This document shows, in pieces, positions 44,901 to 61,867 of a stretch of DNA of 64,000 nt. Source of the DNA: the human T2T-CHM13v2.0 reference genome, Homo sapiens; NCBI RefSeq assembly GCF_009914755.1, contig NC_060948.1. The stretch is one strand, 5' to 3'. How positions within the stretch are numbered: position 1 is the stretch's first letter; each line of letters starts with the position of its first letter. Made by a program: the position numbers and the translations under genes. The notes beneath the pieces were generated by a model. It was given only the letters and a program-made list of their open reading frames with translations, made no database searches and was not told the origin of the DNA.

Positions 44901-47900
44901 TAGGACCATATCAGCTGTAGCCTTTCTCTAGGGATTCATTGCTGGAGTTTCAGTGATAATCCATGGTTGAGTCCAAGACATTTGTGGATGTTCAGCATGG
45001 ATACATGGTAGGAATATATCAGGTAACCAGGGACTTACTTCTAGAGTTTCAACCAGAATCCATGTTGTGACTATATCAGTTTCAGACTGTGTCCAATGAT
45101 TTAATAATAGTGATTCAGCCTGGATACACATGATCATATCAGATAGAGTTTATCCATGAATTCATCGCTAGTGATTCAGCATGTGTCCCTAGTGGGATTA
45201 TATCCATTTCCAACTGTTTCCAGGAATGTTTTGCTGAAGACTCAACCTGGATTCATAGTGTTATTGCTTCAGTATCAAACTGTATCCAGTAATTTACTGC
45301 TGGCAAATAAGCCATGGTCCACAATGAGACTGGATTAAATTCAGATGGGAGTCAGGTATTTCCTTCTAGATATTCAGGCTGCAATTTTGTCCTTGGATTT
45401 ATTGGTGACATTTCATCAAGGATCAATTGTATGACGGTTTCAGCTGTAGTTTTTCCCAGGGATTCATTGTTGGAAATCTATCCTGGATCCATGGTGTGAC
45501 TGTCTTAGCCATAAGACTCTGTCAAGGGAAATAAGGCTGGAAATTCTTCTTGGTTCCAACATGTGACTTCATTCGATACAGAGTGTGTCCAGAGATTTAC
45601 TGTTGGAGATTTGGCAATAGTTCACAGTATGATTCGATCAGTTTCAGACTGTCTTCAGGATGTTTACCCTTGTAATTCAGCCTTTGTCCATGTTGTGAGT
45701 GTATCTGCTAACATCTTGGTCCAAGATAAGAAATTATTGGAGTTTCATTCTGGGTCCACAGTGGGACTGTGTGAGTTTCAGATTGTGTCCAAGGATGTAA
45801 TTCTTGAGACACTCCCTGCATCCATTGTGTTAATACAGTAGCTTTACCTTGTACCCAGGGGTCAATTACACCAATGTCTTTCTGATTCCAGGGTCTCAAA
45901 GTATCATCTTCAGCTTGGGTCAACAATTTGACTTTAACACTTTCAAACTTGCCCCAGAGTCTAAATGCATAAGCTTCATGTTGTATCCAGTCTTTTAACT
46001 TATCAGCCACAGGTTGGTTCCAAAACATCACTATTTCAGTTTCAGACTGTATCCAATGGTGATCTGTCAGAGTTACTGGTTCTCTCCACTGTGTGACTGT
46101 CTCGGATTGAGACTGAAATAAAAGTTTGATGATATCAGCTTCAGTGTGATTTCAGGGTCTGGATCTATCACCTCCAGTTTGGGGCCTGGGTACCACTGTT
46201 TCCATCCCAGTTTGGGACCAGTACCTAACTGGATCTGCTTCTGGTTGGGTCCAGTGTTTTTCTTTCCATTCTTGAGTCTGGGCTCTGGGCCTCAATATTT
46301 TAAATTTATGCTGAATGCCGAGTCTCATTCTTTCAGTTTCAGTTTGTAACAATGGTTTAATCATATCAGCTCTCAAGTGAATCAAGAGTCTTCCTGATTG
46401 AGATTCTGGCTAGATCCAGGTAAGGACTATGGCTGTTTTAGGCTGACTTCAGGGTCTGATCATGTCAACTTTGGAGTGAAGGAAGGGCTCAATTATATTC
46501 ATAATAGGATGTATTAAGATCCATATCTGCATCAGGGGTTTGAGTATAATAGCCTCATGTTTACTAAATGGACTACATCTATTGATTTGATTTGAGGGCC
46601 TGATCATACTGGTTTTCTGTTGCACCCAAGCCTTAATATTGTCACCTTTTGACTTAGCACATGAAGAGTATGCAGTATAGAAGAAATCCAGAACTGAGTG
46701 GACTCAGGTTCAGTGAGAATCCAGTATCCATCTGAGCTTTCTATAGTTTCTTGAGGATCCAAATACATTTAAAACTAGCTGACACCATGTTTCAATGGTA
46801 TGGGTTACTGTAGTATGCTGAGATCAATCTTCATCGAGGGATGAATGAGCCCATAGTTCAGTTTTATTATCTATGAAAGGTACTGGTGGAATCTAGTTGT
46901 AAGTTACCGGTTTAGCGCCAGGGTTAGCTCTATGCACTACATGATACATTTTTTTTTTCTATTGCTCTCTTCCCTGGATTGAATCTACATCACTGTTCCT
47001 GTTTTATAAGATAAAAATTGTTTCCAAGCTTCAACTTCAAGGGTAATTTCTAGCCGAGGTCTAACTACAAGTTGCCCATGAGATGGAACATTAATAGATT
47101 GAACTTGAGACAGATGAGTATCCCTCTTAACAGGAACTTGAGATCCACCTATCCCACTTGAAAAGAGAAACCACGATCTACCAGCATTAACTAACTGCAG
47201 AGTATGAAGCCTAATTATACTAGCTAATGTATTAATCTAGAATCTTGCTGAATCAGTTACAGCTTAATATTTATAATTTATTGTATTTTTCTCAGGAAAA
47301 TTCCAGGGTATAGGTTTAATAGCTGTTTGGGAGTTCTGGGGTCCAGAAAAAAAGAAATATTGAGATTTGTCCATTTCTGGGGTGCCCCAGCATTCAGCTG
47401 TATCAGGATGATCCCACAGTTTGGCAACAGGAGAAATCCAGGATCATACCATTGGGAATTTGCTAGCTGAAGAGAGGTGACCACTTTGAAAGTGTAATGG
47501 TCTATTGGCATAAAATAGTCTCTATTATTTGAACCAAAAAAACATTGAATGAAGGTTCCAGTGCCTTCTGTTCACTGAGGAAGTGCTTAATCTTCTCCTA
47601 CATGTTTGTTCTCAGAATCCATGAAAGAGCAAAGTGACAGAGCCTGTGTTAGAGCTAAGTGTGTTTTGTGGACTATCTTCTACTCCAGGATAAAATTGCA
47701 AGGTAGAGAAAAAAATGGGACCCAGTGGTTTCTGGGATGCCTTGATAAGCCATCTCATTCAAGATATGTATTGGGCTGTCCTGATGAAAAGTACAGGGTC
47801 ATAACAGGCTTCTGAGGTAAAACTGACCAGGCCTACCAGTTCCCAGTGACTGCCAAAGAGGCAAAGAACAGGACGACTTTGCTCTACGTGAATGGTTGGA

Positions 47901-47924
47901 AACAAAGTTAACCATATATATTAG

Positions 47925-48420
47925 AAATACTTATAGACATGTAATATACATGGATTACAATGTATAATGCATAAATTACTTATGTATGCAATACATATAC
48001 AAATTATAAAATACACAGATACATATCTTGTATATGTTTATGAATACTTATATCTATAAATTGGTTATATAGCTTATATGGTTTATACAAATATTAAATT
48101 AAAATATAATAAATTATAAGTTATACTTTTCTATCACATGTAAATTTTATATTACTTGATGGGCAGTAATAAATATTACATGGTACATACTTCAAGAGTT
48201 CCATATAACACTTAGGCTTAAATAATTCTAACTCTGGTTAAAACAGTAAAATCAAATACTAGAAAGAAATTAGAGGAAGGTTCCAAACAATAAAAAATCA
48301 CCTACATACTCATTACATTTGTTGAAGCCATCATTTGTTTGGTCTCCCTGCTTGATTCTGATACCCACTTGCAGCTTACAGTTTGTTCTCCCAATAGCCA
48401 GAATTACACTCAGAGTAAAA
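47925..48420. repeat. Direct repeat, left copy (right copy 51101-51703)
   Basis: Colinear diverged match, e.g. tgtaaattttatattacttgatgg and aacaataaaaaatcacctacatactca occur in both copies. Confidence 0.88.
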
Positions 48421-51100
48421 GCACTTATTCTAAAATTGACTACATAATTGGAAGTAAAACACTCCTCGGCAAATGCAAAATAACAGAAATCATAACAAAC
48501 AGTCTCCCAGGTCACAGTGCAATCAAACTAGAACTCAGTATTTAAAAATTCACTCAAAAGTGCACAACTATGTGGAAACTGAACAACCTGCTCCTGAATG
48601 ACTACTGGGTACATAATGAAATGAAGGCAGAAATAAAGATGTTCTTTGTAACCAATGAGAACAAAGACACAGCATACCAGAATCTCTGGGAAACATTTAA
48701 AGCAGTGTTTTGAGGGAAATATGTAGCACTTAATGTCCACAAAAGAAAGTAGGAAACATCTAAAATTGGCACACTAACATCAACATTAAAAGAATGGAGA
48801 ACAAGAAAAGCAAAAGCAAACAAATTCAAAAGCTAGGAGAAGACAAAAATAACTAAGATCAGAGCAGAACTGAAGGAGACAGAGACATGAAAACCCTTCA
48901 AAAAAATCAATGAAGCCAGGAGCTGCTTTTTGAAAAGATCAACAAAATAGATAGGCCACTATCCAGACTAATGAAGAAAAAAATAAGGAAGAATCAAATA
49001 GACTCAATAAAAAATGACAATGGGGATATCACCACTGATCCCACAGAAAAACAAACTACCATCAGGGAATGCTATAAACATCTCCATGCAAATAAACTAG
49101 TAAATCTGAAAAAATGGATAAATTCCTGGATGCACACACCCTCCAAAGCCTAAACCAGGAAGAAATTGAATCTCTGAATAGACCAATAACAAGTTCTGAA
49201 ATTGAGGCAGTAATTAGCAGCCTATGAACAACAACAACAACAAAATCCAGGAGTAGACGGTTCACAGAAGAATTCTACCAGAGGCACAAAGAGGAGCTGG
49301 TACCATTCCTTCTGAAGCTATTCCAAACAATAGAAAAAGAGGCAATCCACCCTAAGTCACTTTATGAGGCCAGAATCATCCCGATATCAACATCTGGCAG
49401 AAACACAGCAAAATAAGAAAATTTCAGGCCAATATCTCTGATGAACATTGACGCAAAAATCCTCAATGAAACACTGGCAAACCAAATCCAGAAGCACATC
49501 AACAAGTGTATCCACCATGAAGAAGTCAGGTTCATACTTGGGATGTAAGGCAGAATCAACATACACAAATTAATAAACATAATCCATCACATAAACAGAA
49601 TCAATGGCAAAAACCACATGATTATCTTAATAAATCCTGAAAAGCCCTTCGACAACATTCAACACAACTTCATGACAAAAACTCTCAATAAAATAGGTAT
49701 TGATGGAACATATTTCAAAATAATCACAGGTACTTATGACAAAACCACAGCCTGGAAGCACCTGGAAACTTTCATTTTAAAAACCTGCACAAGACAAGGA
49801 TACCCCCTTTCTCACCACTCCTATTCACCACAGTTTTGGAAGTTTTGACAAGGGCCATCAGGCAAGAGAAAGAATGAAGTGTATTCAAATGGAATAAGAG
49901 GAAGTCAAATTGTCTCTGTTTGCAGATCTCAAGATTGTATATTTAGAAAACCCCACTATCTCAGCTCGCAAAAATCACAAGCTTTCCTGTACACCAATAT
50001 CAGACAAGTAGAGAGTCAAATCATGAGTGATCTCACATACACAGTTGCTACTAAGAGAATAAAATACCTAGGTATAAAATATACAAAGGATGTGAGGGAC
50101 CTTTTCAAAAACTACAAACCACAGCTCAAGGAAATAAGAGAGGACACAAATACATGGAAAAACATTCCATGCTCATTATAGGAAGAATCAATATTTTGAA
50201 AATGGCCCTACTGTGCAAAGCAATTTATAGATTCAATGCTATCCCCATAAACCTACCATCTAACAATGGACAATCTAACCATCTGACAACAGACCAATAT
50301 CCACAATCTACAAAGAACTTAAACAAATTTATGAGAAAAAAACTAAACCAACCCATCAAAAACTGAGTGAAGGATATGAACAGATGCTTCTCAAAAGAAG
50401 ACAGGTATGCAGCCAACAAATATATGAAAAAAACTCATCATCACTGGTCACTAGAGAAATGCAAATCAAAACCACAATGAGATACCATCTCATGCCAATT
50501 AGAAAGGTGATCATTAAAAAGTCAGGAAACAACAGATGCTGGAGAGGATGTGGATAAATAGGAATGCTTTTACACTGTTGGTGGGAGTGTAAATTACTTC
50601 AACCATTGTGGAATACAGTCTGATGATTCCTTAAGGATCTAAAACCAGAAATAGCATTTGACCAAGCAATGTCATTTTGGGTTATATACCCAAAGGATTA
50701 TAAATAATTCTACTATAAAGACACATGCACCCTTCTGTTTATTGAGGCATTGTTCACAATAGCAAAGACTTGGAACCAACCCAGATGTCCATCAATGATA
50801 GACTGGATAAAGAAAATGTGGCACATATACACCATGGAATACTAAGCAGCCATAAAATAGGATGAGTTTATGTTCTCACTCATAATTTGTAGTTGAACAA
50901 TGAGAACATATGGACATAGGGAGGGGACATCACACACCAGTGCCTGTTGGGGGTGGGGGGCTAGTGGAGGGATAGCTTTAGGAGAAATATATAATGTATA
51001 TGATGATTTGATGGGCTCAGCAAACCACCATGGTGGATGAATACCCATGTAACAAAACTGCACTTTCTGTACATGTACCCCAGAACTTAAAGTATATAAA
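48421..51100 (+). mobile_element. Older L1PA (PA7/8-like) ORF2-3'UTR, internally deleted
   Basis: ORF2 EN/RT remnants ([27 protein letters not shown]) through the 3'UTR, with jumps at ~49750, ~49965 and ~50255. Confidence 0.88.
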
Positions 51101-51703
51101 AAATACATATAGACATATACTATACATGAATTAAAATATATATAATGTATAAATTTAATCTATATGCAATACATATATATTATAAAATATACAGATACAT
51201 ATATTGAACATGTTTAGGAACACATATTTATAAATTAGTTATATAACTTATAGGTTTTATACATACATTAAATTATAAGATATTGACTTAAAAGTATAAA
51301 CTATACTTTTCTATCATATGTAAATTTTATATTACTTGATGGACAGTAAGAAATTTTACATGGTACATACCTAATGATTACCATATAATACTTAGGCATA
51401 AATAATTTTAACTCTGGTTAAAAGAGTGAAGTCAAATACTAGAGGGAATTCAGAGGAAAGATGTAACAATAAAAAATCACCTACATACTCAGCATCGCTA
51501 TCTGAATATTATTTACACCATCAGCCAAGTAACTTTCGGCAAAGCACAACTTATACAGTCACATAAAATGACTGCTTGTATCACCTCCTCTGCCATTACG
51601 TTTGTTGAAGCATCATCATTCGTTTGGTCTCTCTGCTTGATTCTGATACTCACTTGTAGCTTAGTTTGTTCTCCTGGTAGCCAGAATTATACTCGGAATA
51701 AAA
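51101..51703. repeat. Direct repeat, right copy (carries ~105 bp absent from the left copy)
   Basis: Matches 47925-48420; extra segment at ~51491-51594. Confidence 0.88.
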
Positions 51704-51918
51704 CCAAAAGGATTTGTCTTTGATCTCACTTAAGCGTTTTCCTTTGTTCATCTTGCTACATGATGACAGTATGACTATTTGCTTAATTCTAGTGTCGGAA
51801 TTATTTCAATGATTATGTTCTCTGCCTGGAATTCTATTCCTCCAAATATGTTCCTAGATTACTTCCCCAAAGGTTTAGTCTTTGCTCAGTTAAAGCATTT
51901 TTAGAGACACTTGACTTC

Positions 51919-53790
<1,872 letters not shown>

Positions 53791-54869
53791 AGACATGTGA
53801 CTTCAAAAATACTTCTTCCAATATCTCCCTATCACCTAATTAACTATGAACTCTAGTTGATGTAAAAATGTTTGTAAAATGTGCTTAGGTTAAATGTGCC
53901 AGTGTTATTGATAGTACCCTTAGTACTTTTAATGTTTGGATGGAAAAGCAATAAAAGTAGAATAAGCCAAGAAACCATTTTCAAAGTGGTGGTTAGCAGA
54001 TACCACCACCTTCTTCAAGAAACAGAAGCCCTTCAGGAAGTCTGAGATCTGCAAGAGGAAGTAGTGGAGGAACAGGAGGGTGTCTGCCCTCACATGAAGG
54101 GCACTTGGGTAATGTTTTAAAATATAAAGGTGGAACCATAGGACTGAAAGAAAATAAGTTTGAAGATATCAAAATTTCTCAATTTTATTTATTATCTTTA
54201 TGAACAGAACATTTATTATTCATTTATTTCTAACTAGCAAAGATTTATTATAAGAATGATTGAATTAATATCTAAAATTCATTTTAAAATTGTAATAACT
54301 TTGCATTGAAATAAGGCAAATTTCAAACAGAATTGATTTTATGAATGCTGATTGCCTGTAAACCGGTTTTCTGAAGAACTCATTTATATTCATTATACTT
54401 TAGCGTTTTCTACTCTGGGGCCCAGAACTTCATATCGGTTTTATCATCAAAATACGATGGAATATTTAAAACTTTCAAATAGGAAAAAGTAACTCAGTAC
54501 TTAAGATTGATTTTGCAATATTTGTTTTTTTGTGTATTCGTGTGCAAACATCTGTGCAAGTCAATTGCTTAGTAATTTTGATATAGAGAGTTTGTACATC
54601 ACACTGCCATAAAGCATTTTCAGTTTAAGAAATGTAGAACTTTAATTTCTGAAAAGAGTTTGTGACCCTGGAAGTGTCTAAGAACCACTGCTTCACAGGT
54701 AGGTAAGTATCTTTCTTTGCTGGAGGATGAGTCACTGAAAATGATATTTATGAGTGATTTATGCTATAGAAATAAGGGGTCAATTTTTACATAAAAAAGA
54801 AAATCAAATCATGTATTTTACATATATATAAAATATATATAGATACATAGATATATCTATATATCTCTA

Positions 54870-54871
<2 letters not shown>

Positions 54872-54919
<48 letters not shown>
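54872..54919. repeat. (TCTA)12 tetranucleotide STR
   Basis: 12 uninterrupted units counted. Confidence 0.92.
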
Positions 54920-54920
<1 letters not shown>

Positions 54921-54925
54921 ATCAT

Positions 54926-55230
54926 GGGCTGGGTGAGGTGGCTCATGCCTGTCATCTCAGCACTTGGGAAATATGGGACAGATGGACCAAGAGGTCAAGA
55001 GTTCCACACAAGCCTGGCCAACATGATGAAAACCTGTCTCTCCTAAAGATACAAAAAATTAGCCTGGCATGGTGCCTTGCAGCTCTACTCCCAGGTACTC
55101 AGGAGGCTGAGGCAGGAGAACCACTGGAAATACAGAGTTGGAAGCTGCAGTGAGCCAAGATAATGCCATTGCACTCTAGCCTGGGGGATAGGGCAATAGT
55201 CCATCTCAATAAATAAACAAATAAATAAAC
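54926..55230 (+). mobile_element. Alu (paralogue of 4800-5105)
   Basis: Alu body at the equivalent intronic position of the inverted RBMY copy. Confidence 0.8.
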
Positions 55231-57745
55231 CCATTGGTTAACTTGTATTATCTATTAACCAACCTTCAAAAATATACTATTTAATTTTGAGTTTTAATAA
55301 CCAGATTTTTTATTAATTGGAGATGTTTTTTAAAGTTGAAATTACAGTGTTTCCTCCATTTTAAGATACACAGCTTCATGATTATTTTGTCTCCATTGAT
55401 CTGGAGGGTGGGGTTCAATTACACTCTGCCTTGTATAAGAATGTGCATCTTCTAACTTGTAACAGCGCCTGGCAATTGGCATATATCTACATTTTTATAG
55501 ATATATAAAAATATTTTTATATTATTTAATATGCAATTCTTAAAGATTATTAATATTTAGCATAGTCTAATCTGAAAATTAGCATTTCATAAGGGAATTG
55601 TAAGAATTCAATGTTATGTTAACAAATTTTAGGGATGATGTATTTTCCTGATGTGTCACCTTTTGATTTTGTAAATATCTTAGTTTCTTTGCATGGAATT
55701 TAGTTTATCTTTATGATTTGCTTTGGAAATTTTTCCTCATAACAGAATGATAAAAACAGTCATTTATCATTTTTCTTTTAATATTTTATGTATATTATAC
55801 TTAGATATTTTACTGATAGATTTCTGCTCCCAGTTCACTCTCCATTCTTCCCACATCTCTATCTCTCACCAACATATTATGACTCTTGAGTTTCTTACTA
55901 GATTTTCTAAACATACTTTTATTGCTTGAATTGTACTTCTTTCATATAGAAATGTTAATTTTATTACTTTAGACAAATGTGAATTTGCAAGATTATAATA
56001 TGTAGAAAATCTTTATAAACAATTAAAACTTAGTCCGTTAGGATGGAGGCTTACTCTTCCCAGGTCAGAGTGCATAGGTGAGATGATGGCTTACCACAGC
56101 CTCAAATTCCTGTGCTCAAGCAATTGTCCTGTTTCAGCTTCCTCAGTTGCTGCAACTACAGGCATGCACCACCACGTCTAGCTAAATTTTTTCCCTATAT
56201 TTTTGTAGAGAGAGGATCTCACCACATTATCAAAACTGACATTAAAGTCTTAGGCTCAAGCAATCCAGGTGCCTCAGAGTTCTACAATGGCCCACAGTGT
56301 GGGCCAGTGAGCCTGGCCATCTCGGTTCCGAGACCTCAATATTTCTTATGCACAAGGCATTTTTAATGCTTATATAAAGGTTCAAAAGAACTACAAGAGC
56401 ATTTGGCAGAAAAAGAGGCACTGGGCTTAAATATTATTTAAAAATAAATTTAAGGCTTCAAAGGTAAACATGAAGGAGTCTAATATTCTTAAATTAAGTG
56501 GATATCACAGAAATGCAGAGTTGTGAAATACAATGGAATGTAAATCAATAATTAAGATTGTACCTGGATGTTTAAACATTAACACAAGACCTTAGTGTAA
56601 GATTTAAAATTATTTGAGGAGAGAATTTAGAACTAAGCAACATGAGTTGAGCAGTAGGATTGAATAGAAATAATATTTTTGAGAAGGAGAATTGTAAGAT
56701 TGCAGACTGAACAGAAGAAAGCAAGACAATAAATCAAAGTTCTTAGCGATGACTTTTAGCAGAACAAAATAAAATTGTTACTTATTCCTCCATCCTAATA
56801 TGGAGGAAATTGAAAACTGCCATTTTAAATTTTACATTTCATGTGTAGAGTATCAGTGAAGTTAGGTATTTATTGAATTCAGGATACACAAGCCAACACA
56901 TTTCCATAGGAAAATTAGCTGGTGAACATATCATAAGTGAAAGGTGGACCTCTAAGTAATAGCACGTGAAGAGTATATTAAAGGAGAGTCTTTTCTATTT
57001 TGAAATAACAACAATGTTGTCATGATCCCTTTAACAGTATTGCTTATTGCAGTATAAGTAAATCTTGGTCATCGTTAGAAAATATTCACTAGTATACTTT
57101 AATTCGTCAACATTTATGATAAAGCCAACCACTTAGAGATAAAGGAGAAATTTTATGTAAAAGTTTAGCATGCAGTCATTCAAAGGTAGCAGTATTTGTG
57201 TGTGTGAGATGGACTGAACAGCATGGGAAAATTTACCTTCTTCAGCTGAGAAAGGACAATGTATGTAAATTTGAAAATCAGTGAAGAGTTTGATGGTTTT
57301 ACATTTTTCCATGTGTCATTAGTAGTCATCAGTAATTCATATAAAAAGGAAAATCATAACTAAGTTGTAATTAACTATTACAAATGAACCTTTACCAAAG
57401 AATTTATGTCTGCCATCAGCTTTGTTAGAACTAGCCTTGCAGGAGCCATGGGATTATCCAAAGCCATAAGAAACATTCACAGTGTCATGATTTTCTAGTA
57501 ATTTAGGGAAAAAAGAGTGGAGACATAGAAGAAATAATTTTAAAAAGTTGTTTGAGAGAAGAGAAAATAATGTTTCAGATTTGGTGTTCTTACATTATGT
57601 TCCTTCATTTTAGCATTAAATTTAATGGAAGAGAGAATTATGGAGGTCCTCCACTCGAGAAGCCAATCACTTCATGGAGAAATGACCATATGTTGTCAAG
57701 AGATGGTGGTTATGGAATTAAGGATAGGTAAAAGAAAAATCCCAC

Positions 57746-59413
<1,668 letters not shown>

Positions 59414-59414
59414 T

Positions 59415-60363
<949 letters not shown>

Positions 60364-61833
60364 ATGCCACAACTGCTGTTGGGAATTGGGCAATGACCAC
60401 TCTAGCTACTTCCTGCTGGTTAGAGGTGAAGAAGGGGCCCTCCAGTGTTAGTGTCCTCTACAGGGGAACTCTCTAGGCCAGCCAAAGGGCCAGAGGGATG
60501 ATCCAAGGTCTTTGGTAGAAGTTGTTAGTTGAGCTCATTTGGGGTTCCATTTGTAAGACCACCTGTAACCTCGATCCTATAGGAAATAAATATGACAAGG
60601 TGGTTAAAAATACAGGGCCTGAAGGCGAGTAATAGCAAGATGGCTGTCCTGGGACCTGGAAAGGGAAGAAGCCATATTGCCCAACACCAGAATTTGGTAT
60701 AAGAGTTTGAAAGGAATTGTCTGATTTCAGAAGCCTTTTCCTTTAAATGCCGGGCGGCATCTTATACTATCCCTGACTGGTTGTAGAGCTTTCCTTTCTC
60801 AGCAGTGAGGAAGTCTAGGCCTCGGCAGTTTTGGAGAGTCACTGCTGCCAAAGAGTCTATTTTGGATTGCAGAGAAAGGATAGATTTTGTTATTTTTCAC
60901 AAACTGTCTGAGAAATCCTTTGAGAGTGTGAGGTAGTAGGATAAAACATATTACACTGCTAACTTTTAGCAAATTTTACCTTCATTGAAAACCTTCTAAT
61001 TTTGAGATTTCAATTATTCTTTGCTATTAATAAGACCTCATTCAGTCCCTATTAACTTAGAAATTGTATAGATGGCTCCTTCCTGATTCTGTAAGTACAT
61101 TAAGGTTTGACTGAGTGAAAACAGCTCTCATGTTTGAGCAGACAAATTATTAGGTAATTTTCCTAATTGCTTCTACAAGTGTTCCCTTATCACTTACTGA
61201 ATACCCATTCTGTCTTTTCCCCTTAATTGCCTGGAAAGAACCATCTATCATCCTGTCCTGAAGGGAGATCCTCATAGGTCTGGTTGGACTTTTGTATGGT
61301 AATTAGTTAAGACTTAGATCCCCTGTTAGGAAACCTGCCGTGTTTAACATTTTTAATAGGAGGGCTAGGGGTTGTCAGTAGCCTTAGTGATTTCAGGCTA
61401 TGCCCTTGTTTACACTGACAACAAGGTGGTATTGGTGTGTTACAGGGTCATTGAGAAGACCTTCAATTATCAATTATAGGTTTTAAATTTACCCTGGCTT
61501 TTAAAGGAATAGGGTACACTGTTTTTTCTTTACCACTTCTATCTCTTTCTCTCTCTTTGGCTCCTTCTTTGTTTGTCTCTTCCTCTCTCTCTTCCCTTAT
61601 GTATTTGACTTTGTCTCTCTCTTCCCTTCTGTATTTGACTTTGTCTGTCTCTTTTTCTTTCTCTCTGACTCCCTCTTTGCCTATCTCTTCCTCTCTTTGT
61701 CTCTTTCTAACTGTGTGTCTCTTTCTCTCTCTTTGACTCTTTCTTTGTCTGTCTCTTCCTCTCTTTCCTTCTGTCTTTGACTTTGTCTCTCTCTTTCTCT
61801 TTCTTTCTCTCTGAATCCCTCTTGGTGTGTCCC

Positions 61834-61867
<34 letters not shown>

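Larger units (their letters stand above)
38600..46500 (-). repeat. Degenerate 33-bp/66-bp coding tandem repeat (W-T-Q-x8 units) within the giant exon
   Basis: Minus ORFs at 40521, 41191, 41537, 41925, 42401, 45708, 39493 and 39833 show Trp at about 11-residue spacing, e.g. WLQAQYPVGIT-WTQTVSDILTS-WTYDESSAENP. Confidence 0.85.
53845..57745 (+). pseudogene. RBMY: RBMY pseudogene fragment (exon 4 at 53933-54108, partial exon 6 at 57625-57727; exon 5 deleted)
   Basis: [13 protein letters not shown]...[21 protein letters not shown]...HEGHL then GT; GRENYGGPP...SWRNDHMLSRDGGY then GT; introns are the reverse complement of ~1110-6110. Confidence 0.9.

Noticed and set aside
38600-46500. CRISPR-like or satellite array
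   Set aside because: No constant repeat with unique spacers and no cas genes; the context is eukaryotic, and conservation is at codon level (Trp/Thr/Gln), indicating a coding repeat.
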